Source: the human T2T-CHM13v2.0 reference genome, Homo sapiens. Taken from it: DNA of 64,000 bases. The position numbers and the translations under genes were made by a program. Positions 1 to 18,884 of the stretch are shown here, in pieces. The notes under the pieces were generated by a model. The model saw only the letters and a program-made list of their open reading frames with translations, did no database searches and was not told the DNA's origin. The stretch lies in the NCBI RefSeq assembly GCF_009914755.1, contig NC_060935.1; one strand, written 5' to 3'. How positions within the stretch are numbered: the first letter of the stretch is position 1; each line of letters starts with the position of its first letter.

Positions 1-2924
1 TTGTTCTAGTCTATTGTTGAAACTTTCACTGCATTTTCTATTTCTCTAAGTGTGTCTTTCATTTCCAGAAGTTCTGAGTGTTTTTTCTTTATGGTTTCTT
101 TTTCCCTGGAAGATTTTTACATTCATATCCTGGATTTTTTAAAAAAATATTTAAGTTGGTATTCACCTTTCTCTGGTATCTGGGAAATATTAAGCTACCT
201 TGAGTAACTTAATAATCAACCCTCCGAATTCTTTATGTGGCATTTCAGAGACTTCTTTTTGGTTTGGATCTACTGCTGGGGAGTTAGTGTGATCTTTTGG
301 GGGTGTTTATAGAGCCCTGTTTTGTCATATTACCAGAATTACTTTTCTGGTTCCTTCTTATTTGAGCAGACTATTTCTTGAAATTGTTCATGAATTTATT
401 TTTGATTGGACTGTGGTTTTTTAATTTCATTTTTCCCCTCCTGAGGATCAGACTTTAATGTTTATACTTTATTTTTGCCTAATTTGATTATTGGTGCTTT
501 TAGGGGTGAAGACTCTGTATGAGTTCCTTAGTTATAGAGTCTTTTTGCACTGGCTTTCTTAGATGCTGGTTGTAGTAGTTATATACTCATTGTGTGGGCA
601 AGTTTACTGTCTCCTATTGGTTGAGAATGGCAGGGATCTCTTGAAGCTTATCCCATTCTCTCATGGCGTACATTTTATTTATTTGATTTTTACTCAGTAT
701 TTTACTTATGGAGTTGATGATTCAGGCTTCAGGCCAATAGGGGAGGTATCCCTTAGTGGGCACTGGTTGTAGCTAAGGCAGATGGGTAGATGTAATACTC
801 AGTGGTGGGCAGAGGTCCCAGCCTTGATGAAGGTGGCTGAGGGAGCTCTCAATTATATGTGCTGAGGTTTTATCAGGTTGAAGAGGGGGAGCTACCTCAG
901 CTCCCCTGCCAGGCAAGAAGGAAAGGTATACACCTCACAGCTTAGCTTCACTCCTGTCCCAGTGTTCTGGCTATTCAGTTCAGACAGGCATCTTTTTTTC
1001 ATCTATAGGAATTTAATGTTCCAACTAGGGAGGAATTCTGACTCTGTGTCTCATGCAGGCCTGAATCTGGGGAGTACTCCTCCTGTGGGCTGTAATTACC
1101 CTGCATTGTTTCAGGAAGGCTGTCTATAGGTGCATCCATGCTGCTTTCCTGAGGCAAAAAGCCCCAGCTGTGTCTGCAGTGGTGTGCCTGAGGGAACAAT
1201 GATCCCTTCTCCAAAGCCCTTCATGATCACAGAGGTTACCTGCCTATTGGGGTAGAGGTGCAGACTTTCCCTACTGTGCCCAGCACTGCAGTTGTGGAAA
1301 TATCTGGGACTCAAGGCCTGCTGTTCAGAATCTTTTATTCCATGAGGTTATCCCTTGATGTGGTGCTCTCCCCCTTCCCCTGGGAACGGGGCTTCCTGAG
1401 AGCCTGACTGCAGTGATTTTTATTGCTCTTCTGGGTCTAGCCACCCAGTAAGGCTACCAGTTTCTGGGCTGGTGCTGGAGAATGTCTGCCAAGGATCCAG
1501 TGATGTGACCTGTCTTCAAGTGTCCCAGAAATGGATACCAGCACCTGCTCTGATGGAGGTTACAGGGGAGTGATGCAGACTCTGTGAGACTACTTGGTTG
1601 TGGATAGATTTAGCGTGCTGGCTTTCTCAAATGCTGGTTATGCTAGTAGTGAACTTGTCATGTGGACAGACTCAGGACCTCTGGTTAGCCAGGATGTTGC
1701 AGGCAGTGGTGTTAGCAGCTATTTTCTCCTTCCTGGGAGCAGTATTAATCTGCCAAGATGTGCTGTAATGGCCTGAGTTGGTTGGCCTTCAGTCACGAGG
1801 TGGCACTTGCAAGAGAGCACCAGCTGTGGTAGTAGCAATGGGATTTGAGCTTGCCCTAAGTTGTAAAGAGGAAGTATGCTGGTTTCTCAGGTGATGGGTG
1901 GGGCCATAAAACTCCCAAAAGTTTGTCTTTTTGTTAGGCTCCTAGGGCAAGTAGAGGAATACCATCAGGTAGGCTCAGGGTTAGGAGGGTCTGAGCTCAG
2001 ACTCTCCTTGAGCAGGGCCAGCCACAGCCACTGTGGGGGACAAAGGGTGATTCTCAGGCCTCTGGGATAATGTTCCAGAGGGGAGTATAACTGCCTCTGC
2101 TGTGTGGAAGAGTTTACAAGGGGAGTAGGGAATAGCTGGCAGTGGAAGGCCTCACCCAGCTCCCATGCAGTTGGCAAGGCCAATCTCACTCCTGCAATGC
2201 CCCACTAACAGCACTGGGTTTAGATCCAGGCAGCCTGCACACAAAACTCAGATGTGCCCCAGGCCATAAGCTTCCCCACAGAGATAGCAAACATGGCTCT
2301 TAGTCCACGTCCCCTCCACATCTGCCTGCAAGGCTGGGTGCCCAGCTTCTGTACTCTTGTCTGCAGCACACTTCCTGCTTACCCCTGGATTCTGTTCAAG
2401 GGAGTTTGTCCCAACTTGAAATTATATCACAAAATTCAGTTGGTAGCTTCTTTCACCCTGTGACCCTGCCCTGAGTTCATTGGCTGACTTCCCAGAAGGC
2501 CTCTGTGAAATATAGTCAGGAATGGTTTCCCTCGACTTGTGCTGGAGACTGGGAATGCCTACAAGGCACTTCCCACTGCTGCTTCCACTTTTATATTTCA
2601 TGCTGCTCCCTAAATCCATTCCAGCTCTGGGAAGGGTTAAGGCTTTCTCCCATGATCTGGATTTTCAGATTCCCTGGTGGGGATGTATGTTTGGACGTAG
2701 GCTCTCCCCCTGCACTCTCTGGAAACTTATAGTTTTTTTGCCTGCTTCATGGGATAGGCTGCAGCCTTACACTTCTTTCAAAGGATCTGTGGTTTCTTTT
2801 GGTTTTCCTGGTAAGTTCTTGCAGTGGTTCTTGGAAAAAAAAAATTCACAGTGTTAATCCCTGCCCACTATTCTGTCCTTCCAAGTAGGAGAGACACACT
2901 AACACCGCCTCCTATCTGCCATCT
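1..2924 (-). mobile_element. L1 (L1PB/L1PBa-like) 5'UTR and start of ORF1; element continues beyond the window start
   Basis: Minus strand begins AGATGGCAGATAGGAGGC...CCTACTTGGAAGGACAGA at ~2924, typical of an L1PB-type 5' end; positions 1-360 read as degraded ORF1 coiled-coil sequence. Confidence 0.7.
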
Positions 2925-3309
2925 AAAAAAGAAAAGAACTGTGCTCTTATGTGTTTAGTACTGGTGCTACATTCTTACCAAAAGATAAATCCAAGGAACA
3001 AAGTAAGAATTGTCATCCCTGTAGCATCTGAATTCTAGACACTTTTACCTGGATATTCTTTTCTGTATTCATCCCAAGTCAACCAACTGGGATCGAGACA
3101 GTGATGCTTTTTAGGGCCCAGATATGTTTGTTCCTCATTCTGATAACTAATTTAAGACAGGATTTCACACAAGACAGGCAATTCTTGCAAGAGGCCTGTA
3201 GTGGTAAAAAGGATGTCCAGGTTAGGTTTATAACACATAACACACCCCAGCTTCCCCAAGAGGCAGTACAGTCAGTTGTGAAACCACAGACTGGCTGACA
3301 CAAGGCTGA

Positions 3310-3465
3310 CTGGGTTTGCATCCTAGCTCTGCCATTCACTCACAGGGCCTTGAACAACTTTCTTAGCCTCTCTGTACCTTTATGTCCTCCTTGTTAGATA
3401 GAGAAAATAGTAGTATATACCTCATGTAGTTGTTATAAAAATTAAATGAGTTTGTCCATGCAAAG
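3310..3465 (+). mobile_element. MIR SINE (mirror copy ~55520-55670, minus)
   Basis: GGGTTTGCATCCTAGCTCTGCCA...CCTCTCTGTACCT...AATTAAATGAG resembles the MIR core. Confidence 0.7.
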
Positions 3466-3509
3466 TTATCCAATGATTCTTAGCTGTCTCAGTTGTACTC
3501 ATAGCATTT

Positions 3510-4035
3510 TAACTTATGGAAGTGATTGATGACCACAAGGAGAGGATAATGCCATTAAAGACAGATTTTAATTACTTACATTTTCCTAGAGGAGGGAGTA
3601 TGCCATGCCATGCAGGGCCACCTTGGAAAGCATCAGTGTCAGTCAGGAGGCAGAAAGGAGAAAGAGGAGGCCCGGCCCAGACCCTTCCTGTATTTCCCAC
3701 GAAAAAGGCAAGGCAGGGCATAGGAAACAGGTTAGGATTGGCTAGTTAGAATAATTCTGGTGGGCTCTGGGTTACAGGGTGGTCTTTAGTTATCTAGCTG
3801 GACCTGGGTGATTTAGGAAAGGGTAAATATTGGGTTGGTGTGTGAGGTAGATAAAAGAGGAGGTTGGGGGTATGGACCTGGGATTGATTCATTTGCGTGT
3901 GAGATGCATGTGTGCATGCCAGTTGTTTATTATCTCTAAAAATTAGTTATCCCTCTGTGGGGCAGTCTTTCCCTGGGTAGTTGGGCTCCCCAACACATCA
4001 AAATATCATAAAATAGAAAGTCTGTGATGAATACA
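3510..4035 (-). mobile_element. MER74-family LTR (mirror copy ~54947-55470, plus)
   Basis: Right-arm copy has AAGACTGCCCCTCCCAGGG..TAGAGATAATAAACAAC..ACCAATCC..GTGGCCTTGCATGG, matching MER74-type LTR motifs as recalled. Confidence 0.6.
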
Positions 4036-4829
4036 CTAGCCCATGTAAAGTGCTGTATAAGTGATAGCTACTTACATGCAAGAGATACTGAGCCCTGTTA
4101 GATGTGAAAGACAAGGAGAGTTCAGATGGGGTTCAGTGTAAAGAAGTGAGTTGCTCTTGTTTTTACAGGTATTAGCAAGCTTAGAAAAACTCCTGCCCAG
4201 AATTTGTGTATTGGTTTTTGTCCCCTCTGGTTCTGGAAAGCTCCATTTTAACTCCAGTTTCTGAAACTGTCCTGTTGACTCAGTGTACGTGGTGTTAAGA
4301 ATTATACCTTTTTGTGCCTGTCCACCTGTTGGTTCATGTGGAAACCAACCTAGGGGTGTGCTTGACCGCATTCTTGCTTTCACCACGGAACTAAAGCCGT
4401 TATGACATTAATCAACAACTTTTCAATGTGATCATCCTAAACTAGCACCACCAAGCCAGACTAACCAAATAAATACAAGTACAGAGGTGCATGTGAGCCA
4501 AACGTACTAATAGCATTAGGGTATCAGGGAGACATGGGGGAACTTGCAGAAATACAATAGGAGGTAGTAATTGTATTAGTTCTTCCTGATATCATCTGAC
4601 AATTGCTCTCAACATTGATCAACAGCTCATTTTATCTGACCCAGCTTTTAGTGCATAACTTGCCTTCCAGGTTGATGCATGTCTATCAGATTAGAGCTTT
4701 TACCACGCTGCCCTTGGCCTCATGCACAAGAAGCTTTAAAAACAAGTGAAGGAGGGCTAGAAGGGGTAGAAGTGAAATGAAGATGAATAAGTTGGTTTGA
4801 GAATTCTATCAAAAAGTATCTGCAGGACT

Positions 4830-5330
4830 TCATGGCAGTTGAATACAGGGCTAAGCAGGGGTCAGATGCTGAAATCTAATGACCTTGGGAAATGGGTGTT
4901 ACCACTAAGAAATGCAATTAAAAGGAAATTGGTTTGGAGTGTCAAGAGAGGCCATACTGGACATACTGTATTTGAGGTGAAGTGACATCCAAATAGATCT
5001 GTCCTGTAGGAAAGAGGAGGTGTGAGCCTGGGTGAGAAGATGTCAGGGTAGGAATGGTTGTGAAACCTGTGAGCAAGGACTAGGGTAGCCTAGGGCATGT
5101 GCCTGGAATGTGGTGGAGGGAGAGAAGACAGCAGTGGAGAAAACAGAGACCAGGAGGTCAGAAGTAGAAGATCCAGGTGGCATGATCCCAGAGAAGCCGT
5201 GGAGGAGAGTTCACGAAGTAGGGAGCAGGCAATTGTGTCTAATGAAGTGCAGAGGTTACATGAGTCAAAGGAAAACTGATTGGTGACACAGGAGTCCTTG
5301 GCAAGAACTGTCTGCATAGTGAGATAAGGA
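4830..5330 (-). mobile_element. L2 fragment (mirror copy ~53340-53850)
   Basis: Purine-rich GGACAT..TTTGAGGTG..GACATCCAAATAGAT..TGTCCTGTAGG pattern typical of L2. Confidence 0.5.
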
Positions 5331-5569
5331 AGCCACCTCCAACAATTAAAGAAACACTTTATCTGGGTCAGAAAGAAGTGACCAGTGTAGATAACTTAAG
5401 TTTCACAATGAAGAGATGGGCAGATGTACCACAGGGGCTCAGTTTATCATTTCTACTTTAAAAGTGTTATATTTGATGGACTCACGGGTATTCTGTTTTT
5501 CTTTTTGGAAAAAAATTTCTGAACTAATGTGAGAGCTCTCCAATTGAACTTTAAGATTAATGTCAAAGT

Positions 5570-5883
<314 letters not shown>

Positions 5884-6234
5884 TTAATCCTATTATTACT
5901 GTTCAGCACTGTGTTGTTAACCAAAAAAGAAAAATCTGTCTGCCCTATGGCTAACATCCAACCTCCACAACAAAGTATTACATGGTACATCCGAAAAGAA
6001 TAACAAAATATCTCATGTTGTGTTACACTTCTGTGTATATTATTATGCATCATAAAGATAATGTTTTTTAAATGACGTAGATTTTTATAAACAAATAGAA
6101 ATTTCTGTTATGGCTTTCAAATGCCAACCTCTAAGAGCAACTTCATAGAATTTCATAGCGCAGATTAACTATGATAATAAATATAACTCACAAGATTCAT
6201 GTTCAAGTATTATGGTCATATGTGAGATTCATTC

Positions 6235-7250
6235 CAATTGACTTCTTTGCAGAAATTGACAAGCTAATTCAAAAATTCATATGGAAACTCAAGGGACCCA
6301 GAATAGCCAATCAAAAACAATCTCTAAATAGAAGAATACATTTGGAGGGCTCAAGCTTTTCAGTGTCAAAACTTTAGACAAAGCTACAGTAATCAAGACA
6401 GTGTGGTCTTGATGTACAGATTAATGAAGTGGAACTGTGAGTCCAGAAATAAACCCTCACATTTTATGGTCAGTATATTTCAACAAGAACCCCAAGACAA
6501 TTCATTTGGAAAAGAATAGTCTTTTCAACAAATGGCGCTGGGACAAATGGATATCCATATGGGAAAAAATGAATGTGAACCTCTTCCCCATATCATATAC
6601 AAAAATTAACTAGAAGTGAACCAAAGACCTAAATGTATAAAATGCTTACAAGAAAAAATAGGTTGTAGATCTTCATGAACCTAGATTAGTGTATTAGTCT
6701 GTTCTCAGGCAGCTAATAAAGACATACCCAAGACTGTGTCATTTATACAGAAAATAGGTTTAATTGAATCACAGTTCCACATGGTTGGGGAGGCCTCACA
6801 ATCATGATGGAAGGCAAAGGAGGAGTAAAGTCACGTCTTTCATGGTGGGAGGCAAGGAGAGAGAGCATGTGCAGGGGAACTCCCTTTTATAAAACCATCA
6901 GATCTCATGAGACTTATTCGCTGCTATGAGAAAGACCCATCCTCATAATTCAATTACCTCCCAATGGATCTCTCCATGACATGTGAGAATTATGGGGGCT
7001 ACAATTCGAGATTTAGGTGGGGACACAGGGAAAGCATATCAATTAAGCAAAAAGTTTTTTTACATGTGAAACTAAGAACACAACCAACTACAGAAAATAT
7101 TTTAAAATTTCACTTCCTCTGAATTAAGAATGTTTATGATTCAGAAGACACCTCTGAGAGGGTAAAAAAACAACCCTCAAAGTGGGATAAAGCATTTGAA
7201 AAACATAAGTTGGCTAAGAGACTAGAATCCAGACTATATAAAGGACACGT
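6235..7250 (+). mobile_element. Old L1M ORF2 fragment interrupted by THE1 and L1PA; resumes at 13287-13365 (uninterrupted mirror ~51676-52405)
   Basis: ORF 6171-6377 FFAEIDKLIQKFIWKLKGPRIA is L1 ORF2p-like. Confidence 0.8.
6690..7041 (-). mobile_element. THE1-family (MaLR) solo LTR, left arm only
   Basis: TGTATTAGTCTGTTCTCA...GGGGACACAG..CATATCA; 5-bp TSD ATTAG (6685-6689)/ATTAA (7042-7046); empty site in right arm at ~51940. Confidence 0.9.
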
Positions 7251-7252
7251 TC

Positions 7253-13286
<6,034 letters not shown>

Positions 13287-13734
13287 ATAAAGGACACTCT
13301 CAACTCAATAATAAAAAAGACCACTCAGTGAAAATATGGGCAAAAAATTTGAATAGACATTTCTTCTTCAGAACAGGAAAGATTTCAATAAAATTCTAGA
13401 TGATGAAAAGTGAACAAGAATGTATCACTGGATGAGAATCCTGGAATAAGCTCCAAGGGGCTGCCATGTAACTAGGAGGGAGAGGATCTGCCTAGCAACC
13501 TCTAAAGGCTCTGGAGTCTGAGAGGGCAGACAGGACTGAGAGCAGGAGTGAGAAGCTTGGCTGAGCAGAGAATTCAGTTAAGGTTAAAATGCATGTGCAA
13601 AGGCAGCAGGAGATGTCATACCTACCCTCATCTGGAATACCCTGTGGTGGAAGATGGGTTATAGGAAGATTCTTCTCTAAAAAGTTAAATATCTTCCATT
13701 AACTTTTCTGATGGTTTCTGAAGTATGTGCCTTT

Positions 13735-14175
13735 TATGCCCAGGCCACATGCCCTCAGCCCAGCATGGATTTTAGTAGCAGCTCTGATGGGTACTTTCCA
13801 TGCACAAATTCTCCCACCTCTCAGTCTCCCTGTGCTTTGTTCAGCCTTAAAGCTTCTCCTGAGGCAAGGGGACATCAGTCATTCCCGTTTAGGAGAGCCA
13901 AGAATCATTGCTGGAGGCAAACCTCAGAGGGAGATACATATCCATAAAGAAATGTCCCAGACTCTCATCCTTCAGAGGGACAATGCTAAGGCTCATTTTG
14001 TATGGTTCTTTAGAGGCTCCCAGGAGAGACTGAACCTCACTCTCCCATGTAGTGACCAGCTGAAAAACACATCCCTTCTCAGCAATTTCCCTTTATCTGC
14101 TCATCCTCTTTATTTCTGGACTTGTGGGATTCACTTCTGCACACAAGTCTTCGTTTCAGACTCTCTTTTGTGGAA
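13735..14175. mobile_element. Old ERVL-type LTR (LTR33/LTR16-like; mirror ~50850-51300)
   Basis: Right-arm CCCACAAAGGAGAGTCTGAAACAGACTTGGGTGCAGGAG and terminal GCTGGGCTGAGGGCATG resemble LTR16/33 ends. Confidence 0.45.
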
Positions 14176-14608
14176 AAGCATATAGATCTCTCTCTCCCTC
14201 CCCCAACTCTATGTGTGTGACTGTGTATGTCTATGAGCTACACACACACACACAAATCTGTCCTAGAAAGTACAAGAGACAACTTTCACTACTCAGTAAA
14301 CCAAATTAACTTTCACACATGTGATTGTGATATGATGTACAGACTTTGGGGACCCTGGTGGTAGAGCAGGGTAAGGAAGTTGACTCTGTCTTCAAGCACT
14401 GATATGAAGATTCACCCAGGTTCCTTCCAGGGAACTGGCCCCTGGCCCCTCCAGGCCTTCCCATTACCACAGCAGGTGTCAGTAATGCAGCATTCTTTTT
14501 GTTTTTTTTGTTTGTTTGTGTGTGTCAAGTTAAATATGAGACCAATGGTAGTGATAAGCCTGATATCAGTCATTCTTCAGGACTCCCTTCTCTTGCTTTG
14601 GGCCTCAC

Positions 14609-14970
14609 CAGCATTCTGGAGCTTCTTCAGGTTCCGGATGAATAAGGGAGAGTTATCTGGCATTCAGTCTGTTGAGATCATTGCTAAAGATATGCTCAAG
14701 GCTGAACATCATTTAGTCCAGGAGTTTTGCCACAGGACAATAGCTCATGAGACCTCATTACACAGAAGGCAGATGGCTCAGTTGTGGCCACTCAGCTCCA
14801 AGGACCTTTGCCCTAAATCCCCAAACCCTGGCACTGAGGGTGCTGCCCTGTCTCAAGGTGAGTACCTTTATATTCTCAGTGCACTGCATTTGAGTGATTC
14901 TGATTTCTACCACTTAAAGAAACCCACTTCCCTACTTCCCCACTGGCCGGCTCCCACTTTTTCCTAATCC
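14609..14970 (-). promoter_or_regulatory. Candidate promoter and first exon, left arm
   Basis: Minus strand GGGGAAGTAGGGAAGTG (two ETS cores, ~14925-14941), TATAAAG at 14872-14866 and donor CTG|GTGAGG at 14608; ~94% identical to the right-arm copy. Confidence 0.4.
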
Positions 14971-15396
14971 ACCTTTACAGGGATATGGCTTTTCTCTCCT
15001 CCAACATGAGACAAACACCCTGGCTCCCTTTTCCCACTACTTTATCTCTTTCAAAATGGACTTACTAGTTTGTTAAGATGCTCTAGATAAAGCAATGAAG
15101 ACCCTAACTTAACATCCTAGAAGAGTATATTCTGGGGATAACATTCTCCAGTCTTTAGAAAATTAATAGCCAGTATCCCAAACTAAGCAGCATGCCACTT
15201 CTAAGTGGCAGAATGCAAATAATACTGTGGAGTATTTAGGTCCACATCTGGTTCTGTTTAATTCTCAGTCACTCATTATCTTACACTTGTCTTGGCTTCT
15301 GGATCAGAGAAAAATGGCATGAAGACATAATGTGCAAATTATGTCAGCATATTTGCAAATGGTGCTCCTAGATACTTGAGAATTGAGAGACTCCTG

Positions 15397-15879
15397 GGCT
15401 GGGACCAGCTCAGTCGTGGAGACCCTAACCCAGCGGCGCTAGAGGAATTAAAGACACACACACAGAGAGAAATATAGAGTGCAGAGTGGGAATCAGGGGG
15501 CTGACACCCTTCAGAGCTGAGAGCCACCAGCAGAGTTCTACCCACCTATTTATTGACAGCAAGCCAGTGATAAGCATTGTTTTTATAGATTATCGATTAA
15601 CATAAACAGGAAGCAAAATATGGGCTCTGGCTAGTTATCTACAGCAGGAACATGTCCTTAAGGCACAGATCACTCATGCTATTGTTTGTGGTTCAGGAAC
15701 ACCTTAAGCGGTTTTCCACCCTGGGTGGGCCAGGTGTTCCTTGCCCTCATTCCAGTAAACCAACAACCTTCAGCGTGGGCATCATAGCCATCATGAGCAT
15801 GTCACAGTGCTGCAGAGATTTTGTTTATGGCAAGTTTGGGGGCCTGTCTATGGCCAGATTTGGGGGCCTGTTCCCAACA
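15397..15879 (-). mobile_element. MER9a (HERV-K9/HML-3) solo LTR, left arm only
   Basis: Minus strand starts TGTTGGGAACAGGCCCCCAAATCTGGCCATA; 6-bp TSD CTCCTG at 15391-15396 and 15880-15885; single CAGGAG empty site at 49251-49256. Confidence 0.9.
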
Positions 15880-16135
15880 CTCCTGGTGAAATAATCCAAG
15901 GAAAATTCTCTCATCCATATGACGTTAAGTTGTTTTGGCAAGAGAAAATGGCTCATGTTGAGTAGAGTATATGCTAAGGAAAGCCATGTGAGCCTGGCCC
16001 ATGCCCTCAGCTCACATAGGAAGCCTAGGACAAGGAAAGGCTAACCACAGCACAACATGGGCATATGGATAATGCTAGGCTGGCCTCTCCAGTCAAGCCT
16101 CAGCAGCAAATGTTAGGGTAAACCTAAAGTTTTGC

Positions 16136-16360
16136 AGATGCTGGAGCGGATGTGGAGAAATAGGAATGCTTTTACACTGTTGGTGGGAGTGTAAATTAGT
16201 TCAACCATTGTGGAAGACAGTGTGGTGATTCCTCAAGGATCTAGAACTAGAATTACCATTTGACCCAGCCATCCCATTACTGGGTATATACCCAAAGGAT
16301 TATAAATCATGCTACTATAAAGACACATGCACACGTATGTTTATTGTGGCGCTATTCACA
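16136..16360 (+). mobile_element. Internal L1PA ORF2 3' fragment without poly(A) or TSD, at the inner edge of the left arm
   Basis: AGATGCTGGAG..GATGTGGAGAAATAGGAATGCTTTTACACTG...GCTATTCACA closely matches ~27580-27800. Confidence 0.9.
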
Positions 16361-16559
16361 TAGTGAAACACCATCTGTAAATAAATAAATAGATAAGAGA
16401 TATCTTCTTTTGTCTCAAATAAATGTAGTAAAAGTAAGCTTTTTGTTTTGAAAATGTTTAAAATCTCCCATCTATGAAAATATAATTTTTAATAGATGGA
16501 ATCGAGACGTCTGGTAGCTACCTAGAAAATGATAATGCTGTATCCATACTCAGATTGTA

Positions 16560-16662
16560 TTTTTAGAGGTCTGGGGTAAGGTCTGATAGTCTACATTTCC
16601 AATAGGCTCAAAGTAGATGCCAATGCTTCTAGTGCAAGGACCACACTTTCAGTAGCCAAGGA
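16560..16662. mobile_element. MER5-type hAT MITE fragment
   Basis: CTACATTTCCAATAGGCTC..GATGCCAATGCT..GGACCACACTTTCAGTAGC. Confidence 0.6.
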
Positions 16663-18217
16663 CTAGAAGCTCCAGTTCCCTAGCAGGAGGGAAATCCCTG
16701 ACTTTCATGAACAAATAATGTTTCTTTTCGCTGAGTGTGGTTGAAGAGAGGGAACTGTTCATTCAGTTTTTACAATGAGTATTTGAGCATACCTGTGAGA
16801 TTAAGCATAGGTAGACTGAGCAACAGTAGTTTTTCCTCTAGGAATCCTGGATTTGGCATCCAGTGATGTAATTTCAAATCCTAGCATCACCACTTATAAT
16901 CCATTGTAGCCTTTGGCAAATTACTAAAACTCTTCAAGCCTCTCATAGAGTAGTACGAAGATGAAATCAGGTAATATAAATGCATTTGGCCCAGCTCCTG
17001 ACTTATAGATAGCATTTATTGTTGCTTAAATAAGAACTTCTTTGGCAATTCTTGCTAACTCAATTCATCAAGTAACCATAAAGAGCATATAAGTCCAGAT
17101 CTGAGTTTAAGCCCTTACTCTACCACTTAGCTACACTAAGTAGCTGTACAATCATTAGACACTTGGGAGCCTGGTATTTCTCATATTTCTAATAAGGGGA
17201 TTGGGTTGGATGATGTCTAACAATCCTCACAGCCCTAAGGGTCCTCATATCCCTAATTGTCCATGTCATTCTTGAGCACCTTTTCTCTGTGAGGCAAAGG
17301 TAGGCAAACCTTAAAAAGAAACTGTCTAGAGTCAGAATGAGCTGAATTGACACAGCAAACTGGAAGTTGGGGAAGAAAGAAAAAAAGAGAAAAACAAGAA
17401 TCTGGAACATTCCTGCTCAGTTTTGGACCTGAAGATCTATTCTTTTTCCTGATCAAACTATCTTGCTTAGTATTCTCTGCCAGGGACATATCTCAGTCAT
17501 CACTTAGGACTCCTTGGACTGACAGGTGGAGAAACCAAGCACACAAGGCATTATATCTGAAGGACGAGCTCAGCCATAATCCAAGTAGACTTTTGAGGGC
17601 CCCATCAGTCAAGCTACAGTCACCAGACAGGGAACAGATACGAAGTCTCCAGGAAGAGGGCATTGGCAAGAGTAAGGCAGTGTAGCTGGAGTTCAGGCTG
17701 AGAGGAGGGAACACCACAGCTCAGGGGCATCAAAATGGATCACTGGAATGTATTGTCTTTGGAGATTTGAGAGCAACCCAGAGACTCATTAAACTATATT
17801 AGGATTCCTGGATTGGGAAGATAAATGTTACTACATCCTTTCAGATATGTATATTTGATATTATTTCATAATTCTTTAATCTTATAAAGTTTGGGAACTA
17901 AGGCAGAACAGATCTTGGGTCAGACCATATGCACAAGATATCAGCGGAAGAACTGGGGAGGACAAAGGGAGGAGAAGCAACACCACTGTGCTGGGAAATA
18001 GAAGTCAAATGACATACCTTTTAGACTATGTAAGGCCCTAGACTTTCAGCCAGTTCCAGAAGAGTAGGAAGCTCTACCAAGAGATCTTGAACCTTCTGTT
18101 AATCTAGAGGATGCGGATAGCTATTTACTTGGGGGAAAAAAAAAACAAAAAACAAAAACACAGACCATCACTCTATTTATATGCTGATCTGTGGGGCAGT
18201 TTATACTATACACATAA

Positions 18218-18547
<330 letters not shown>

Positions 18548-18884
18548 CAGAACAAATTTTTAAAATGATGATACAGACATACATTTATACATTTACTTCA
18601 TGGAAAGATCTCTACAACATACTATTGAGAGGGAAAAAGCAAGTTATAAAGCAGCATATATAAAGCAGCATGATCCCATTTATGTACAATGAGTCACAAG
18701 ATCAGTAATAAGTATGTCCTCTTCATTTGGCTGGGTATAACATAAATTCAAATTTCCTTTACTGTTCAAATTATAACGCTAGTTCTATTCTACTCAGCTC
18801 AGCAGAAAATAGTTTTCCTTAATGACGTTCTTTCATGTCAATTTTGTTTCACATCTCTTTTCATGAAACCAACTTTTAGTTTCT

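Noticed and set aside
14657-14721. C/D-box snoRNA-like pattern on the minus strand (CTGG..ATGATGT..CTGA..CCAG)
   Set aside because: The C box is imperfect, degenerates to ATGATAT in the right arm, and C-to-D spacing is short.
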